Positions 33,920 to 43,597 of a DNA stretch of 64,000 nucleotides are shown piece after piece. The notes beneath the pieces were generated by a model. That model worked only from the letters and a program-made list of their open reading frames with translations, made no database searches and was not told where the DNA came from. Each line of letters begins with the position of its first letter. Within the stretch, counting starts at the first letter, position 1. Source of the stretch: Pseudomonadota bacterium (GTDB taxonomy: Bacteria; Pseudomonadota; Alphaproteobacteria; Rhizobiales; UBA4765); assembly GCA_041694995.1 (NCBI GenBank), contig JBGFRS010000028.1:9104-73103 (forward strand), written 5' to 3'. A program made the position numbers and the translations under genes.

Positions 33920-35032
33920 TCAATTCAACTCCTCGGCCAGGAAGGCTTCGACCTCATCCGCCGCAACGTCGCGGGCAATGAAAGCCGCGCCGATGTCGCG
34001 CGCCAAAATGAAGGTGAGGCGGCCACGGTCAACCTTCTTGTCCTGCCGGATCGCGCTCATGAGTTGGTCGATGCTGCCGACGCCTCCGGGAACATCCGCC
34101 AGGCGCGTCGGCAATCCAACGGCGGCCAGATGCTCCGAAACGCGATGGGCGAGCTGCGTTCCAACCAACCCGCGCCGCGCCGAAAAGCGGAACGCGAGCG
34201 CCATGCCGATGGCGACGGCTTCGCCGTGCAGAAGGCGGTTCGAATATCCGGTGGTCGCTTCGAGAGCGTGGCCGAAGGTGTGACCGAGATTGAGAAGGGC
34301 GCGGTCGCCGGTTTCTTTCTCGTCGCGAGCCACGATCGCCGCCTTCGCGCGGCAGCTCGTCGCGATGGCTTCGACGCGCGATGGCCCGCCGGCGAAGACG
34401 TCGCCATGATGACGCTCCAGCCAGGCGAAGAATGCCGCGTCGCCGAGAAGACCGTATTTCACCACCTCGGCATAGCCCGCCCGGAACTCACGCAGAGGCA
34501 GCGTGTCGAGAACCGCCGTGTCGGCCAGCACCAGGATCGGCTGGTGGAACAGGCCGATCAAGTTCTTGCCGTGGGGCGAATTGATCCCGCTCTTGCCGCC
34601 GACGGAGGAATCGACCTGCGCCAACAGCGTGGTCGGGACCTGCAGGACGTCGACGCCGCGCCGGAGCAGACCGGCTGCCACGCCCGCGAGATCGCCGACG
34701 ACGCCGCCGCCCAGGGCGACGACGAGGTCGCTTCGTTCAATACGCGCGGCGATCAGCTCTTCGACCGTCTTCTGCAATCCGGACCAGCTCTTGCTGCCTT
34801 CGCCAGGCGAGACGCGCACCGTCGCATGTGCGATACCGCTTGTCTCGAAGCTCGCGCGCAGCGCATCGCCGTGGCGGGCATCGACGGTCGTGTCGGTGAC
34901 GATTACGACCTTGGCGCGCGGTCTCAGCTGTGCAATTCGTGCGCCGGCCTCCGTGATCGCGCCCGGCCCAATGATTATGTCATAGGCCCGACCGGCGATA
35001 TCGACCGGAACCATTCGCCGCGCGGTGTTCAT
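33920..35032 (-). CDS. aroB: 3-dehydroquinate synthase
   Basis: GGGVVGD, PTTLLAQVDSSVGGK, NLGHTFGHALE, HGEAV. Confidence 0.97.
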   Translation of the reverse strand: MNTARRMVPVDIAGRAYDIIIGPGAITEAGARIAQLRPRAKVVIVTDTTVDARHGDALRASFETSGIAHATVRVSPGEGSKSWSGLQKTVEELIAARIERSDLVVALGGGVVGDLAGVAAGLLRRGVDVLQVPTTLLAQVDSSVGGKSGINSPHGKNLIGLFHQPILVLADTAVLDTLPLREFRAGYAEVVKYGLLGDAAFFAWLERHHGDVFAGGPSRVEAIATSCRAKAAIVARDEKETGDRALLNLGHTFGHALEATTGYSNRLLHGEAVAIGMALAFRFSARRGLVGTQLAHRVSEHLAAVGLPTRLADVPGGVGSIDQLMSAIRQDKKVDRGRLTFILARDIGAAFIARDVAADEVEAFLAEELN

Positions 35033-35628
35033 GCCGCGCCTCGCGCGAGATAGGTGTCGAGCGCTGCGATAGCAGACGCGAGTACGGTTTCGTGCGGTGC
35101 GTCGTGGCTGTCGACCGTCAGGTCGGCCAGGGCATAGGTCGGGTAGCGTGCCTCGATCAGTTGCTTCAACACGGCTTCCGGGTTCCCGGTTTGCAAGAGC
35201 GGGCGATTGGTGCGCTTGCGCACCCGCCGCATCAGGACGTCGAAGTCGGCCTGCAACCACACCGACACCCCTCGCGCTGCGATGTTTGCGCGCGTCGTCG
35301 CGTTCATGAAGGCGCCCCCTCCGGTTGCAAGGACCTGCGGTCCCGCATCCAGCAAGCGTGCGACCACCTTGACTTCGCCCGCCCGGAAGTCCGCCTCCCC
35401 ATGCACTGCGAAGATGTCCGAAATGGTCATCCCAGCGGCGCTTTCGATCTCGTTGTCGGCATCGACGAAGGGAAGGTTGAGCCGTGCGGCGAGGCGTTTG
35501 CCGATCGACGTCTTTCCCGACCCCATCATGCCCACGAGAACGATCGAGCGGGAGCCGAGGCGTTCCCGAATTCGGGCGGTAACGACATCATCGGAGGATG
35601 CGGTGTGATGGGGCTCGATGGTGGTCAC
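35029..35628 (-). CDS. aroK: Shikimate kinase
   Basis: GMMGSGKT, ATGGG, RPLL; start uncertain (GTG). Confidence 0.95.
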   Translation of the reverse strand: MTTIEPHHTASSDDVVTARIRERLGSRSIVLVGMMGSGKTSIGKRLAARLNLPFVDADNEIESAAGMTISDIFAVHGEADFRAGEVKVVARLLDAGPQVLATGGGAFMNATTRANIAARGVSVWLQADFDVLMRRVRKRTNRPLLQTGNPEAVLKQLIEARYPTYALADLTVDSHDAPHETVLASAIAALDTYLARGAA

Positions 35629-35739
35629 GCGTCGTTCTCCGGGGCGCGGAACCTCCCACGGACCGCGCGCGGAAACAACGGGGCGTGACCGCTGCGGCTC
35701 TTGCCGCGACTCGCAACGGCGGGCATGGTCCGCCGCGAC

Positions 35740-35895
35740 ATGCCGAGCCTCATCAAACTCCTCGTCTCGCTCGCCATTCTCGCGGGTCTCGTCTACGGCG
35801 GCATGCTGGCGCTTGCGACGCTGGTCGAGCCCACGCCGCGGGATATGAGCTTCACCGTGCCGGCAGATCGCTTCCGCCCCGACCCCAACCGTTGA
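35740..35895 (+). CDS. Small conserved single-TM protein upstream of xerD
   Basis: MPSLIKLL...YGGMLALATLVEP, a family commonly found between aroK and xerD in rhizobia. Confidence 0.75.
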   Translation: MPSLIKLLVSLAILAGLVYGGMLALATLVEPTPRDMSFTVPADRFRPDPNR

Positions 35896-35930
35896 GGCGA
35901 TGTTAACCGCAGCGCGCACTCTCTTGCCTG

Positions 35931-36848
35931 ATGTCGCGCCTCGAAGCTTTCCTGGAAATGCTCGCCGTTGAACGCAACGCGGCGACGAACACCTTGCACT
36001 CCTATCGTCGCGACCTCGAGGACGTCGGCGCGTTTCTTGCCGGGCGCGGCATCACGCTCGACGGCGCCTCCACCGACGATCTGCGCGCTTATCTCGCTGC
36101 TCTCGTCGCGCGAGACCTGTCGGTTGCAACGACGGCGCGGCGGCTCTCTGCCCTCCGGCAATTCCATCGCTTCCTGCTCCACGAGCGCGCGCGAACGGAT
36201 GACCCGACGCTCCCGCTCGATGCGCCGAAGCGCGGTCGGCCGCTGCCGAAGGTCCTGTCGGTCGACGAGATGGCTGCCCTCATCGCCACGGCACGCGTTG
36301 GCGCCAACGATCCGTCACGCGCGAAGGGAGCACGTCTGAAAGCGGCGCGTCTCGTCGCGGCCATTGAACTTCTCTACGCGACCGGACTGCGCGTGTCGGA
36401 GCTCGTGTCCCTGCCGGCGGGCGCGGCCCAGCGCGAGGCACGCTTTGTCATCGTACGTGGCAAAGGCGCCAAGGAACGTCTGGTGCCACTTGGCGATCCG
36501 GCGCGTCAGGCCGTGCGCGACTATCGCGCACTCGAGCCGCGTGTGGCGAACAGCCCGTTTCTGTTTCCGGGGTCGGGCCGATCGGGGCATCTCACGCGTC
36601 AGCAGCTGGCGCGCGACCTCAAGAGCATCGCCGTGGCGGCTGGGCTCCCGGCTGCCCGTTTGTCTCCGCATGTTCTGCGCCACGCCTTCGCGAGCCATCT
36701 CCTGCAAGGCGGAGCAGACCTGCGGGTGGTGCAGCAGCTTCTCGGGCACAGCGACATCGCGACCACGCAGATCTACACGCATGTTCTCGATGCGCGCTTG
36801 AAGGGGCTTGTGCGCGATCACCATCCCTTGATGGATGACGTGGCGTGA
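35931..36848 (+). CDS. xerD: Tyrosine recombinase XerD
   Basis: [36 protein letters not shown]. Confidence 0.95.
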   Translation: MSRLEAFLEMLAVERNAATNTLHSYRRDLEDVGAFLAGRGITLDGASTDDLRAYLAALVARDLSVATTARRLSALRQFHRFLLHERARTDDPTLPLDAPKRGRPLPKVLSVDEMAALIATARVGANDPSRAKGARLKAARLVAAIELLYATGLRVSELVSLPAGAAQREARFVIVRGKGAKERLVPLGDPARQAVRDYRALEPRVANSPFLFPGSGRSGHLTRQQLARDLKSIAVAAGLPAARLSPHVLRHAFASHLLQGGADLRVVQQLLGHSDIATTQIYTHVLDARLKGLVRDHHPLMDDVA

Positions 36849-36949
36849 GCGGGCCTTCTTGACTATGGCGGGACCCCTCGTCACTTTCCGCCGACCGTCG
36901 CGGCCCGGGGGCGCGTGACGGGCGGTCACCCGCCCCCACTCGCCGGTCA

Positions 36950-37906
36950 ATGCGTACCTTTCTCGATTTCGAAAAGACGGTTGCCGACTTCGAAGCAAAG
37001 ATTGCGGAACTTCGCGGTTTGGCCGAAGGACAAGACAACCCCGTTTCGATTCAGGAGGAGATCGGCCGGCTCGAGGTTAAGGCTGAACTCGCGCTGAAAG
37101 ACCTCTATGCCAAGCTCACGCCCTGGCAGAAGACGCAGGTTGCGCGGCATCCGGAACGGCCGCACACACTCGACTACGTTCACGGGTTGATCGAGGAATT
37201 CACGCCGATGGCCGGGGATCGCAAATTCGGCGAGGATGAAGCGATCATCGGCGGCTTCGGTCGCTTCCGTGGCCGGCCCGTCTGCGTCATGGGGCACGAG
37301 AAGGGCTCGGATACCGACACGCGGCTCAAGCACAATTTCGGCATGGCGCGGCCGGAAGGGTATCGGAAGGCCGCCCGGCTGATGGAACTCTCCGATCGGT
37401 TTCAGCTTCCGGTCATCTCCTTCGTGGACACGGCAGGGGCTTTTCCCGGCATCGATGCAGAGGAGCGTGGCCAGGCCGAAGCAATCGCCCGCTCGACCGA
37501 CGCTTGCCTCGCACTGACCGTGCCGAATATCGCCGTCATCATCGGGGAGGGCGGATCCGGCGGTGCGATCGCGATTGCCACCGCCAACCGCGTTCTGATG
37601 CTCGAACATGCAATCTACAGCGTGATCTCGCCCGAGGGCGCCGCGTCGATCCTGTGGCGGGATTCCGCGCGCGCCCAGGATGCGGCAACGAACATGAAGA
37701 TCACCGCGCAGGATTTGCGCAAATTCGGCATCATTGACCAGATCCTGCCCGAGCCGGTCGGAGGTGCTCATCGCGACGCCGGCAAGGCCGTCGCGGCCGT
37801 GGGCGAAGGCATCGCGTCGGCCCTCAGCGAACTGGACGGATTGCCCGGTGAGGAGCTGAAACGGCAGCGTCGAGAGAAATTCCTGAACATTGGCAGAAAC
37901 TTATGA
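36950..37906 (+). CDS. accA: Acetyl-CoA carboxylase carboxyltransferase alpha
   Basis: LDFEK, ARHPERP, PEGYRKA, GEGGSGGA. Confidence 0.98.
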   Translation: MRTFLDFEKTVADFEAKIAELRGLAEGQDNPVSIQEEIGRLEVKAELALKDLYAKLTPWQKTQVARHPERPHTLDYVHGLIEEFTPMAGDRKFGEDEAIIGGFGRFRGRPVCVMGHEKGSDTDTRLKHNFGMARPEGYRKAARLMELSDRFQLPVISFVDTAGAFPGIDAEERGQAEAIARSTDACLALTVPNIAVIIGEGGSGGAIAIATANRVLMLEHAIYSVISPEGAASILWRDSARAQDAATNMKITAQDLRKFGIIDQILPEPVGGAHRDAGKAVAAVGEGIASALSELDGLPGEELKRQRREKFLNIGRNL

Positions 37907-38065
37907 GGAGAATACGAGGTTTACCAGATGTGCCTTCGTGGTGACACTTCCCGGATTTCCGGTGCCAAAGCGGGTCTCGTATTGTCCTTACCGTTCGGCA
38001 ACGGTAACGCTTCCTCAAGCTCCGTCTGGCCACAAACCGTCACGAGTGGAGTTTCTGTCGCGTCG

Positions 38066-39601
38066 ATGTCCAGGACCCCCGTCCGCCTCGCAGTTCTCGC
38101 GGCGCTCGCGCTGACCATTGGCGCCTGCACCGAAGGGTCCCTTTACGTTCCGAAGCATCTTCGGTCGGTGTCGGCCGAGACCTTGGCGCTCATGACGGAA
38201 CGCGGCATGGATCAGCGCTCGCCGATCCTCATCCGCATCTTCAAGGCCGAATCGCAGCTCGAGGTCTGGAAGCAGCAGCGTTCCGGGCGCTACGCCCTGC
38301 TCCGCTCCTTCGAGATCTGCCGCTGGTCGGGCGATCTCGGGCCGAAGGTCCGCGAGGGCGACCGTCAGGCACCGGAGGGGTTCTACACGGTCACCCCCGC
38401 TCTGATGAACCCGAATTCGAGCTATCACCTCGCGTTCAATACCGGGTTTCCCAACGCTTTCGACCGGGCGCACAATCGCACCGGCTCGCATCTGATGGTA
38501 CATGGGGACTGCTCGTCGCGCGGCTGCTTCGCGATGACCAATGCCCAAATGGAAGAGATTTTCGCGTTGGCGCGCGATGCCTTCACGGGCGGGCAGCGGG
38601 GCATTCAGCTGCAGATCATGCCGTTCCGCATGACGGCTGAGAACATGTTCCGGTTCCGCCGCAACGAGAACATCGCCTTCTGGCGCAATCTCAAGGAAGG
38701 CTCGGATCATTTCGAGGCGACCGGCCGTCCGCCGGAGGTGCAGGTTTGCGGCCGCCGCTACGTGTTCGATCGGCGCGCGACCGATGAGAGCGCGCGCTTC
38801 GAGCCGACCCAGGCGTGCCCGCCCTCGGAGGTTCCAACGGAGATCCAGATTCGCGTTGCCCAGCGCCAGCGCCAGGACGCTCAGACGATTGCGCGGCTCG
38901 AAGACGAGTATCAACAGCGCCGGCAGGCGTCCTCGATGCTCGCGCGCATCACAGGTGGAACCCAGGTCGTGCAGAACTATACTCCTGCGCCGCACGTTGC
39001 CTTCCCGAGCCGGCAGGCGATCCGCGCAGCCCTGCCGACATCCTCGCCGGAAGCGCTGAGCTTGCTGGCGGGTGCCGAAGCAGGCCCGACACCGGAACTC
39101 CGCCGCATCGCACGCGGCGAGATGATTGCAGCGCCGACCGTAGGCACGACCATGGTCGCCTCCAATGCACGGCGTGATGCTTCACCCGGAGAGGCTGGCG
39201 CGACGATGGCGCTTGCCGCTGCTGCCACGCGGCCCGTGATTGTGGCTGGCTTTCCCCTTCCGCCACCCTCCCCACTCCGTTGGCCGAGCGTTCCGGCAAC
39301 CGAGACAACCGGTGAGGCCGAGGGAATTGCCGGCAGCATCAACAGCATGCTGGCTTCGGTCGGCATTCCGGCATTCGCGCCGGCTCAGGCGGCGCCCCCG
39401 CCGCCGACTGCCACCGTGCCGCTTCCCACCGCGACGCCACGGCCGGCGACGGCGCGTGACGGCGCGACCGCACCGGCGACGTCGCCTGCGGCTCCTGCCG
39501 TGCCGACGGCCACGCCGGCCTCCATGTGGCAGCGCTTCCTTGGTCGATTCACGGGCGGCAACAATTCTTCCCCGGTGTCGCAGAACGCGCCTTCAAATTA
39601 G
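38066..39601 (+). CDS. Murein L,D-transpeptidase/carboxypeptidase (YafK/DpaA-like) lipoprotein with Pro/Ala-rich tail
   Basis: Lipobox IGAC, EGDRQAPEGFY, MVHGDCSSRGC. Confidence 0.88.
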   Translation: MSRTPVRLAVLAALALTIGACTEGSLYVPKHLRSVSAETLALMTERGMDQRSPILIRIFKAESQLEVWKQQRSGRYALLRSFEICRWSGDLGPKVREGDRQAPEGFYTVTPALMNPNSSYHLAFNTGFPNAFDRAHNRTGSHLMVHGDCSSRGCFAMTNAQMEEIFALARDAFTGGQRGIQLQIMPFRMTAENMFRFRRNENIAFWRNLKEGSDHFEATGRPPEVQVCGRRYVFDRRATDESARFEPTQACPPSEVPTEIQIRVAQRQRQDAQTIARLEDEYQQRRQASSMLARITGGTQVVQNYTPAPHVAFPSRQAIRAALPTSSPEALSLLAGAEAGPTPELRRIARGEMIAAPTVGTTMVASNARRDASPGEAGATMALAAAATRPVIVAGFPLPPPSPLRWPSVPATETTGEAEGIAGSINSMLASVGIPAFAPAQAAPPPPTATVPLPTATPRPATARDGATAPATSPAAPAVPTATPASMWQRFLGRFTGGNNSSPVSQNAPSN

Positions 39602-39718
39602 CCGGCGTATGATCAGGTATTCTGTGGACGGGGCCGTTTGCGCTGTGACGGCGCGCTGGGTTCGGTCGCGAATCGCGATCTTCTGGTTCTCGCTGTGTCG
39701 CGAGGCCGGAGGTGCTGC

Positions 39719-40354
39719 TTGATCGCTGATCTCACCGTGATCACCGGCCCGATGTTCGCCGGCAAGACGTCCGAATTGATCCGGCGCGTGCGCGAGGTCG
39801 TCGATCTGGGAGAGTTCACGGCCGTCATCGTCAAACCGGCGATGGACTCGCGCTTCGACCAGGAGGCCATCGTCTCCCACGACGGAGTTGCGTGGCGCGC
39901 GATTCCGGTCTCGGAGCCCGGTCGCATCGTCGATCTCGTCGCCCGCGCGGTGGGCGCTGCCGATCGTCCGCTCCATGTCTTCGCCGACGAGGTGCAGTTT
40001 CTCGAATCACCGCATTTCGACGGCAGCTTTCATCTCCTGGTGCATGCGCTCCTGCGCGAGGGGCACGCTGTCACCTGCGCCGGTCTCGATGTCGATTGGC
40101 GCGGCATGCCTTTCGACGTGACGGCGCGGCTTCTCGCCATGGCCGATCACGTCGTGAAGCTGAGGGCGCGCTGCACGGTCTCTGGTGCCGCCGCGAGCAA
40201 GACCTTCCGCAAACACGCCGGGGGGCCGCGTATCATTCTCGGTGCCGCCGACATGTACGAGGCGCGCGCGAACGCACATTGGCATGTCGGTGCGCAAGAC
40301 ACCGTGTTGCCGCCGGCACTCGCGCTTCGGGTGATACGACGGACTCAGAAGTGA
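39719..40354 (+). CDS. tdk: Thymidine kinase
   Basis: ITGPMFAGKT, DEVQF, AGLD..W...PF; TTG start after GGAGG. Confidence 0.88.
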   Translation: MIADLTVITGPMFAGKTSELIRRVREVVDLGEFTAVIVKPAMDSRFDQEAIVSHDGVAWRAIPVSEPGRIVDLVARAVGAADRPLHVFADEVQFLESPHFDGSFHLLVHALLREGHAVTCAGLDVDWRGMPFDVTARLLAMADHVVKLRARCTVSGAAASKTFRKHAGGPRIILGAADMYEARANAHWHVGAQDTVLPPALALRVIRRTQK

Positions 40355-40680
40355 TCCTGCCGGACGACATTGACGTCCGAAACCGTCACGATGCCGATCT
40401 GGCGCGCTAAGAGCTGGTAGACCGGGTTCAAGACCTGCGGAATGCGCGCGCCATCGGTGATGCAGATCACCATGACCATGTGGCTGGCTTCGGTGACTTG
40501 CCCCTCGCGCCAAGACCCTCTGCGGCCACTGCCCGCTATGGCGGGAATGACCGTGTAGCCGGTCACGGCGAGGCGGTCGAGAAGATCAAGGACACGGCTG
40601 AGCATCGGGGCTTCGATGATGATCTCGATGCGCTTCTTCAAATGCGTGGCCAGGGCATGGTTCGTCGGCGTGTCGCTCAT
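40345..40680 (-). CDS. P-II-like protein (SbtB-like)
   Basis: KKRIEIIIE, TGYT...GSG, GIVTVSDV...R; coupled to the sbtA-like gene. Confidence 0.85.
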   Translation of the reverse strand: MSDTPTNHALATHLKKRIEIIIEAPMLSRVLDLLDRLAVTGYTVIPAIAGSGRRGSWREGQVTEASHMVMVICITDGARIPQVLNPVYQLLARQIGIVTVSDVNVVRQDHF

Positions 40681-41663
40681 CGCCCGATCCATTGTGCGAG
40701 GAGAAGATAGGTCGGAATACCGACCGTGAGATTGAACGGAAAGGTCACGCCGAGGGAGAGCGTGAGATAGACGGAGGGTCGCGCTTCCGGCAGCGCCACG
40801 CGCATCGCGGCCGGAACCGCGATGTACGAGGCGGATGCGGCGAGGACGATGAACAACGCCGTTCCGCCGACCGAGAGGCCGAGCGGGATCGCCACCAGGC
40901 CGGCCAAGCCGGCCGAGATCACCGGCATATACAGCCCGAAGGCGAGGAGCGGGGGGCTCAGTTCCTTGCGCGCCTGGCGCATACCGCGCCCGGCGACGAT
41001 GCCCATGTCGAGCAGGAACAAGCACAGCACCCCCTGGAACGGATCGATCAGGAACGCCTTGACCGCGGCAAGGCCCTGTGGGCCCGTGATCCAACCGATC
41101 ACAAAGGCCCCGACCAGCACGACGATCGAGCCATTCAGCAAAATTTCGCGAAACAGCTCCTTGTTGCCCGGACCGAGGTCCGATTTCGACAAGGCCCCGC
41201 GCCGCGCAAGCCACAGCGCCGACAAGATCGCCGGCATCTCCATGACGGCGGCAACGGCGACGATCCAGCCTTCGTAAGGCAGACCTGCAGCAATCACAAC
41301 CTGCGTGGCTGCGACAAAGGTGACGATCGAGATCGATCCGTAATGCGCTGCGACGGCTGCCGCGTCGATGTCGGAGAGCTTGGTCGTAGCGCGCAGCAGG
41401 GCAAAGCCGATGAAGGGAATGAGGAACGACAGTGCCGCGCCAAGCGCTATGCTGCCGACCAAGCGCAGGTCGATACCGACCCCGGCGATCGCAACGCCGC
41501 CTTTAAAACCGATCGACATCATCAGATAGATCGCAAGCGTCTTTGCAATCGATTCTGGGATCGACAGGTCCGAGCGCGCAAGGGCAGCCGCCAAGCCGAG
41601 GGCGAAGAACAGCACCATCGGGGACAGAAGGTTTTGCGCAGCAAGATCGAGAAAGCTGGACAC
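40677..41663 (-). CDS. sbtA: Sodium-dependent bicarbonate transporter family permease (SbtA/DUF897)
   Basis: IGFKGG, AAHYGSISIVTF, LFLLDMG, ASASYIAVPAA, TFPFN. Confidence 0.9.
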   Translation of the reverse strand: MSSFLDLAAQNLLSPMVLFFALGLAAALARSDLSIPESIAKTLAIYLMMSIGFKGGVAIAGVGIDLRLVGSIALGAALSFLIPFIGFALLRATTKLSDIDAAAVAAHYGSISIVTFVAATQVVIAAGLPYEGWIVAVAAVMEMPAILSALWLARRGALSKSDLGPGNKELFREILLNGSIVVLVGAFVIGWITGPQGLAAVKAFLIDPFQGVLCLFLLDMGIVAGRGMRQARKELSPPLLAFGLYMPVISAGLAGLVAIPLGLSVGGTALFIVLAASASYIAVPAAMRVALPEARPSVYLTLSLGVTFPFNLTVGIPTYLLLAQWIGR

Positions 41664-41754
41664 AGGGAATCTGGGGTGGAGGGGATCTGGGGTGGAGGCG
41701 GGACCTTCGTACCTACAGGTCCGCGCCTGGGCAGGCAAGCGGCGCTCGTCCGCG

Positions 41755-42684
41755 TTAGCTCGGGAATGCGCTGAGCTCGGTGTTCGCACCGCAAAGGAGG
41801 ATACCGATACGCTCTCCGGCCGCTCCCCTGTAGGCCCCGGACAGACAAGCGGCGAAGGCAGTTGCGCCACCTGGCTCGGTGACGAGCCGCAGCGTGCGCC
41901 ACAGCGTCGTCTGCGCCTCGCGAATCGCGTCGTCGGAAACAAGGACGACGCGATCGACGTGGTCGCGTGCGATCGAAAAGACGCGCGCGCCGCAATTGCG
42001 CGCGCCGAGACTATCGGCAGCGAGGCCCTTCACGTCGACGTCGACGGGTCGGCCCGCTTCAAGGGATGCGTGCAGACAGCATGACGTCATGGGCTCGACG
42101 CCAACGACCCGCACGCGCCGTTCGAACCAGCGCGCAATGCCGGCAATCAGGCCGCCGCCGCCGACGGCGACGAGAACCGTGTCGAGGTCCGGTGCTTGCT
42201 GTTCCCATTCGAGGCCGATGGTGCCCTGCCCGGTGATCGTCGCATCGGCATCGTAGGCATGCACGGACAGAGCGCCGGTGTCGCGGATGTAGGCTTCGCA
42301 GGTTGCCAAGGCGTCGACGTAGCGCTCGCCGCCGACCCTCAGATCGGCGCCGGCTTCCTTGATGCGCGCGATCTTTGCCGGCGACGAGATCTCCGGCACG
42401 AAGATCTTGGCGCGAACGCCGAGAACCTTGGCGGCGTGCGCGACGGCCGCGCCGTGGTTGCCGCCGGACGCGGCGGCGACGCCGACGCGCGGCACGTCGT
42501 GTGACAGGAGGGTGTTGAAAGCTCCGCGCGGCTTGAATGAGCCGGTGTGCTGCAGATGCTCGAGCTTGAGGACCACAGGCCCCGGAGCGCCGAAGGCGCC
42601 GGTGTCGAGACTCAGAACCGGCGTGCGCCGAATATGGGGGTGAATGCGCGCACTGGCTGCGCGGATGTCATCGGTCGTGATCAT
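41755..42684 (-). CDS. PLP-dependent threonine/serine dehydratase family protein
   Basis: TGSFKPRG, SGGNHG, VGGGGL, EPGGA. Confidence 0.92.
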   Translation of the reverse strand: MITTDDIRAASARIHPHIRRTPVLSLDTGAFGAPGPVVLKLEHLQHTGSFKPRGAFNTLLSHDVPRVGVAAASGGNHGAAVAHAAKVLGVRAKIFVPEISSPAKIARIKEAGADLRVGGERYVDALATCEAYIRDTGALSVHAYDADATITGQGTIGLEWEQQAPDLDTVLVAVGGGGLIAGIARWFERRVRVVGVEPMTSCCLHASLEAGRPVDVDVKGLAADSLGARNCGARVFSIARDHVDRVVLVSDDAIREAQTTLWRTLRLVTEPGGATAFAACLSGAYRGAAGERIGILLCGANTELSAFPS

Positions 42685-43463
42685 GTGCTCGTCTTAACGT
42701 CTCCCGCGGCGATCGTCTCCCCGGTCCAGATCGCGATCTCGAAACCGCATGCGTCGCGCAGGGGTGCGTCGGGAAAGGAACGGGCCGTGCCGCGGACGAA
42801 ACATTCGGCAACCCACAGCGTGGCGCAAGCGTCGACGAGATCGTCCCAGTCGGCACCGCGCGGCGGTGCCGTCCGATGCGGTACCGGCATTTCCGCGCGG
42901 TCGAGCAGGTCGCGGCGCAGCGTAAGCCCCGGCTCGTGAACCCGACCCCTTACGATCTTGGGTTCAGGAAGCGGATTCCCGCCGTTCATGGCCCAGAAGG
43001 CAACCTCCGGGTGCGACTCGATCACGCGCATTGCCGAGCCCGAGCGGCACAGCCAACGATCGATCTCGACGATCTTCGGAAACAGATGAAACGCCTGCTT
43101 GGAGACAGCGCGCGGCGGGTCGGAGGTTGCGCGGGCGACTGCACAAGCCTGACGGTAGCCATCGTCCGGGAGCCCAGGTTTCGCATTCAGCCCCGCATAA
43201 ACCGCGCAGCGTGACGGGATCGCGAACACGCTCGACCGGCGGCCGCCAAGCAGAGGCCGAACGAGCCTCTCCGGTCCCCGCCCTCCGGGGCCGGTCCGCT
43301 CCGGCAGGCCGATCGGCATATCGACGGCGACGATGTCGGGAGCAAGACTGTCCACGAGTGCGGCAAAGCTCGAATGCACCTCGAAGGCCACGTTCCCGCT
43401 GTCGTTGCGGCAAGCTGCGATCCAACCGCCACGGCAGCCGTCCGCACCGACGGCTCGCGCCAT
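42681..43463 (-). CDS. DUF429 family protein (predicted RNase H-like nuclease)
   Basis: GADGCRGGW, VDMPIGL, ESHPEV, DDLVDA. Confidence 0.85.
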   Translation of the reverse strand: MARAVGADGCRGGWIAACRNDSGNVAFEVHSSFAALVDSLAPDIVAVDMPIGLPERTGPGGRGPERLVRPLLGGRRSSVFAIPSRCAVYAGLNAKPGLPDDGYRQACAVARATSDPPRAVSKQAFHLFPKIVEIDRWLCRSGSAMRVIESHPEVAFWAMNGGNPLPEPKIVRGRVHEPGLTLRRDLLDRAEMPVPHRTAPPRGADWDDLVDACATLWVAECFVRGTARSFPDAPLRDACGFEIAIWTGETIAAGDVKTST

Positions 43464-43597
43464 GATTTTGCCTCTCCGTTGACGTCTGCGATTTGCCACG
43501 CGACCATGCTAGACGATTGCGGGCGCGCGGGGTGGCTCTTACATGCGCGGCGCCACAGTGGTGTCGAGCCTTCGCGCGATTTCGGGAGGAGAGTTTC

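Noticed and set aside
28582-36848. Mobile element bounded by two tyrosine recombinases
   Set aside because: Both are housekeeping XerC/XerD, and the genes between them are core (aroB, aroK, bolA).
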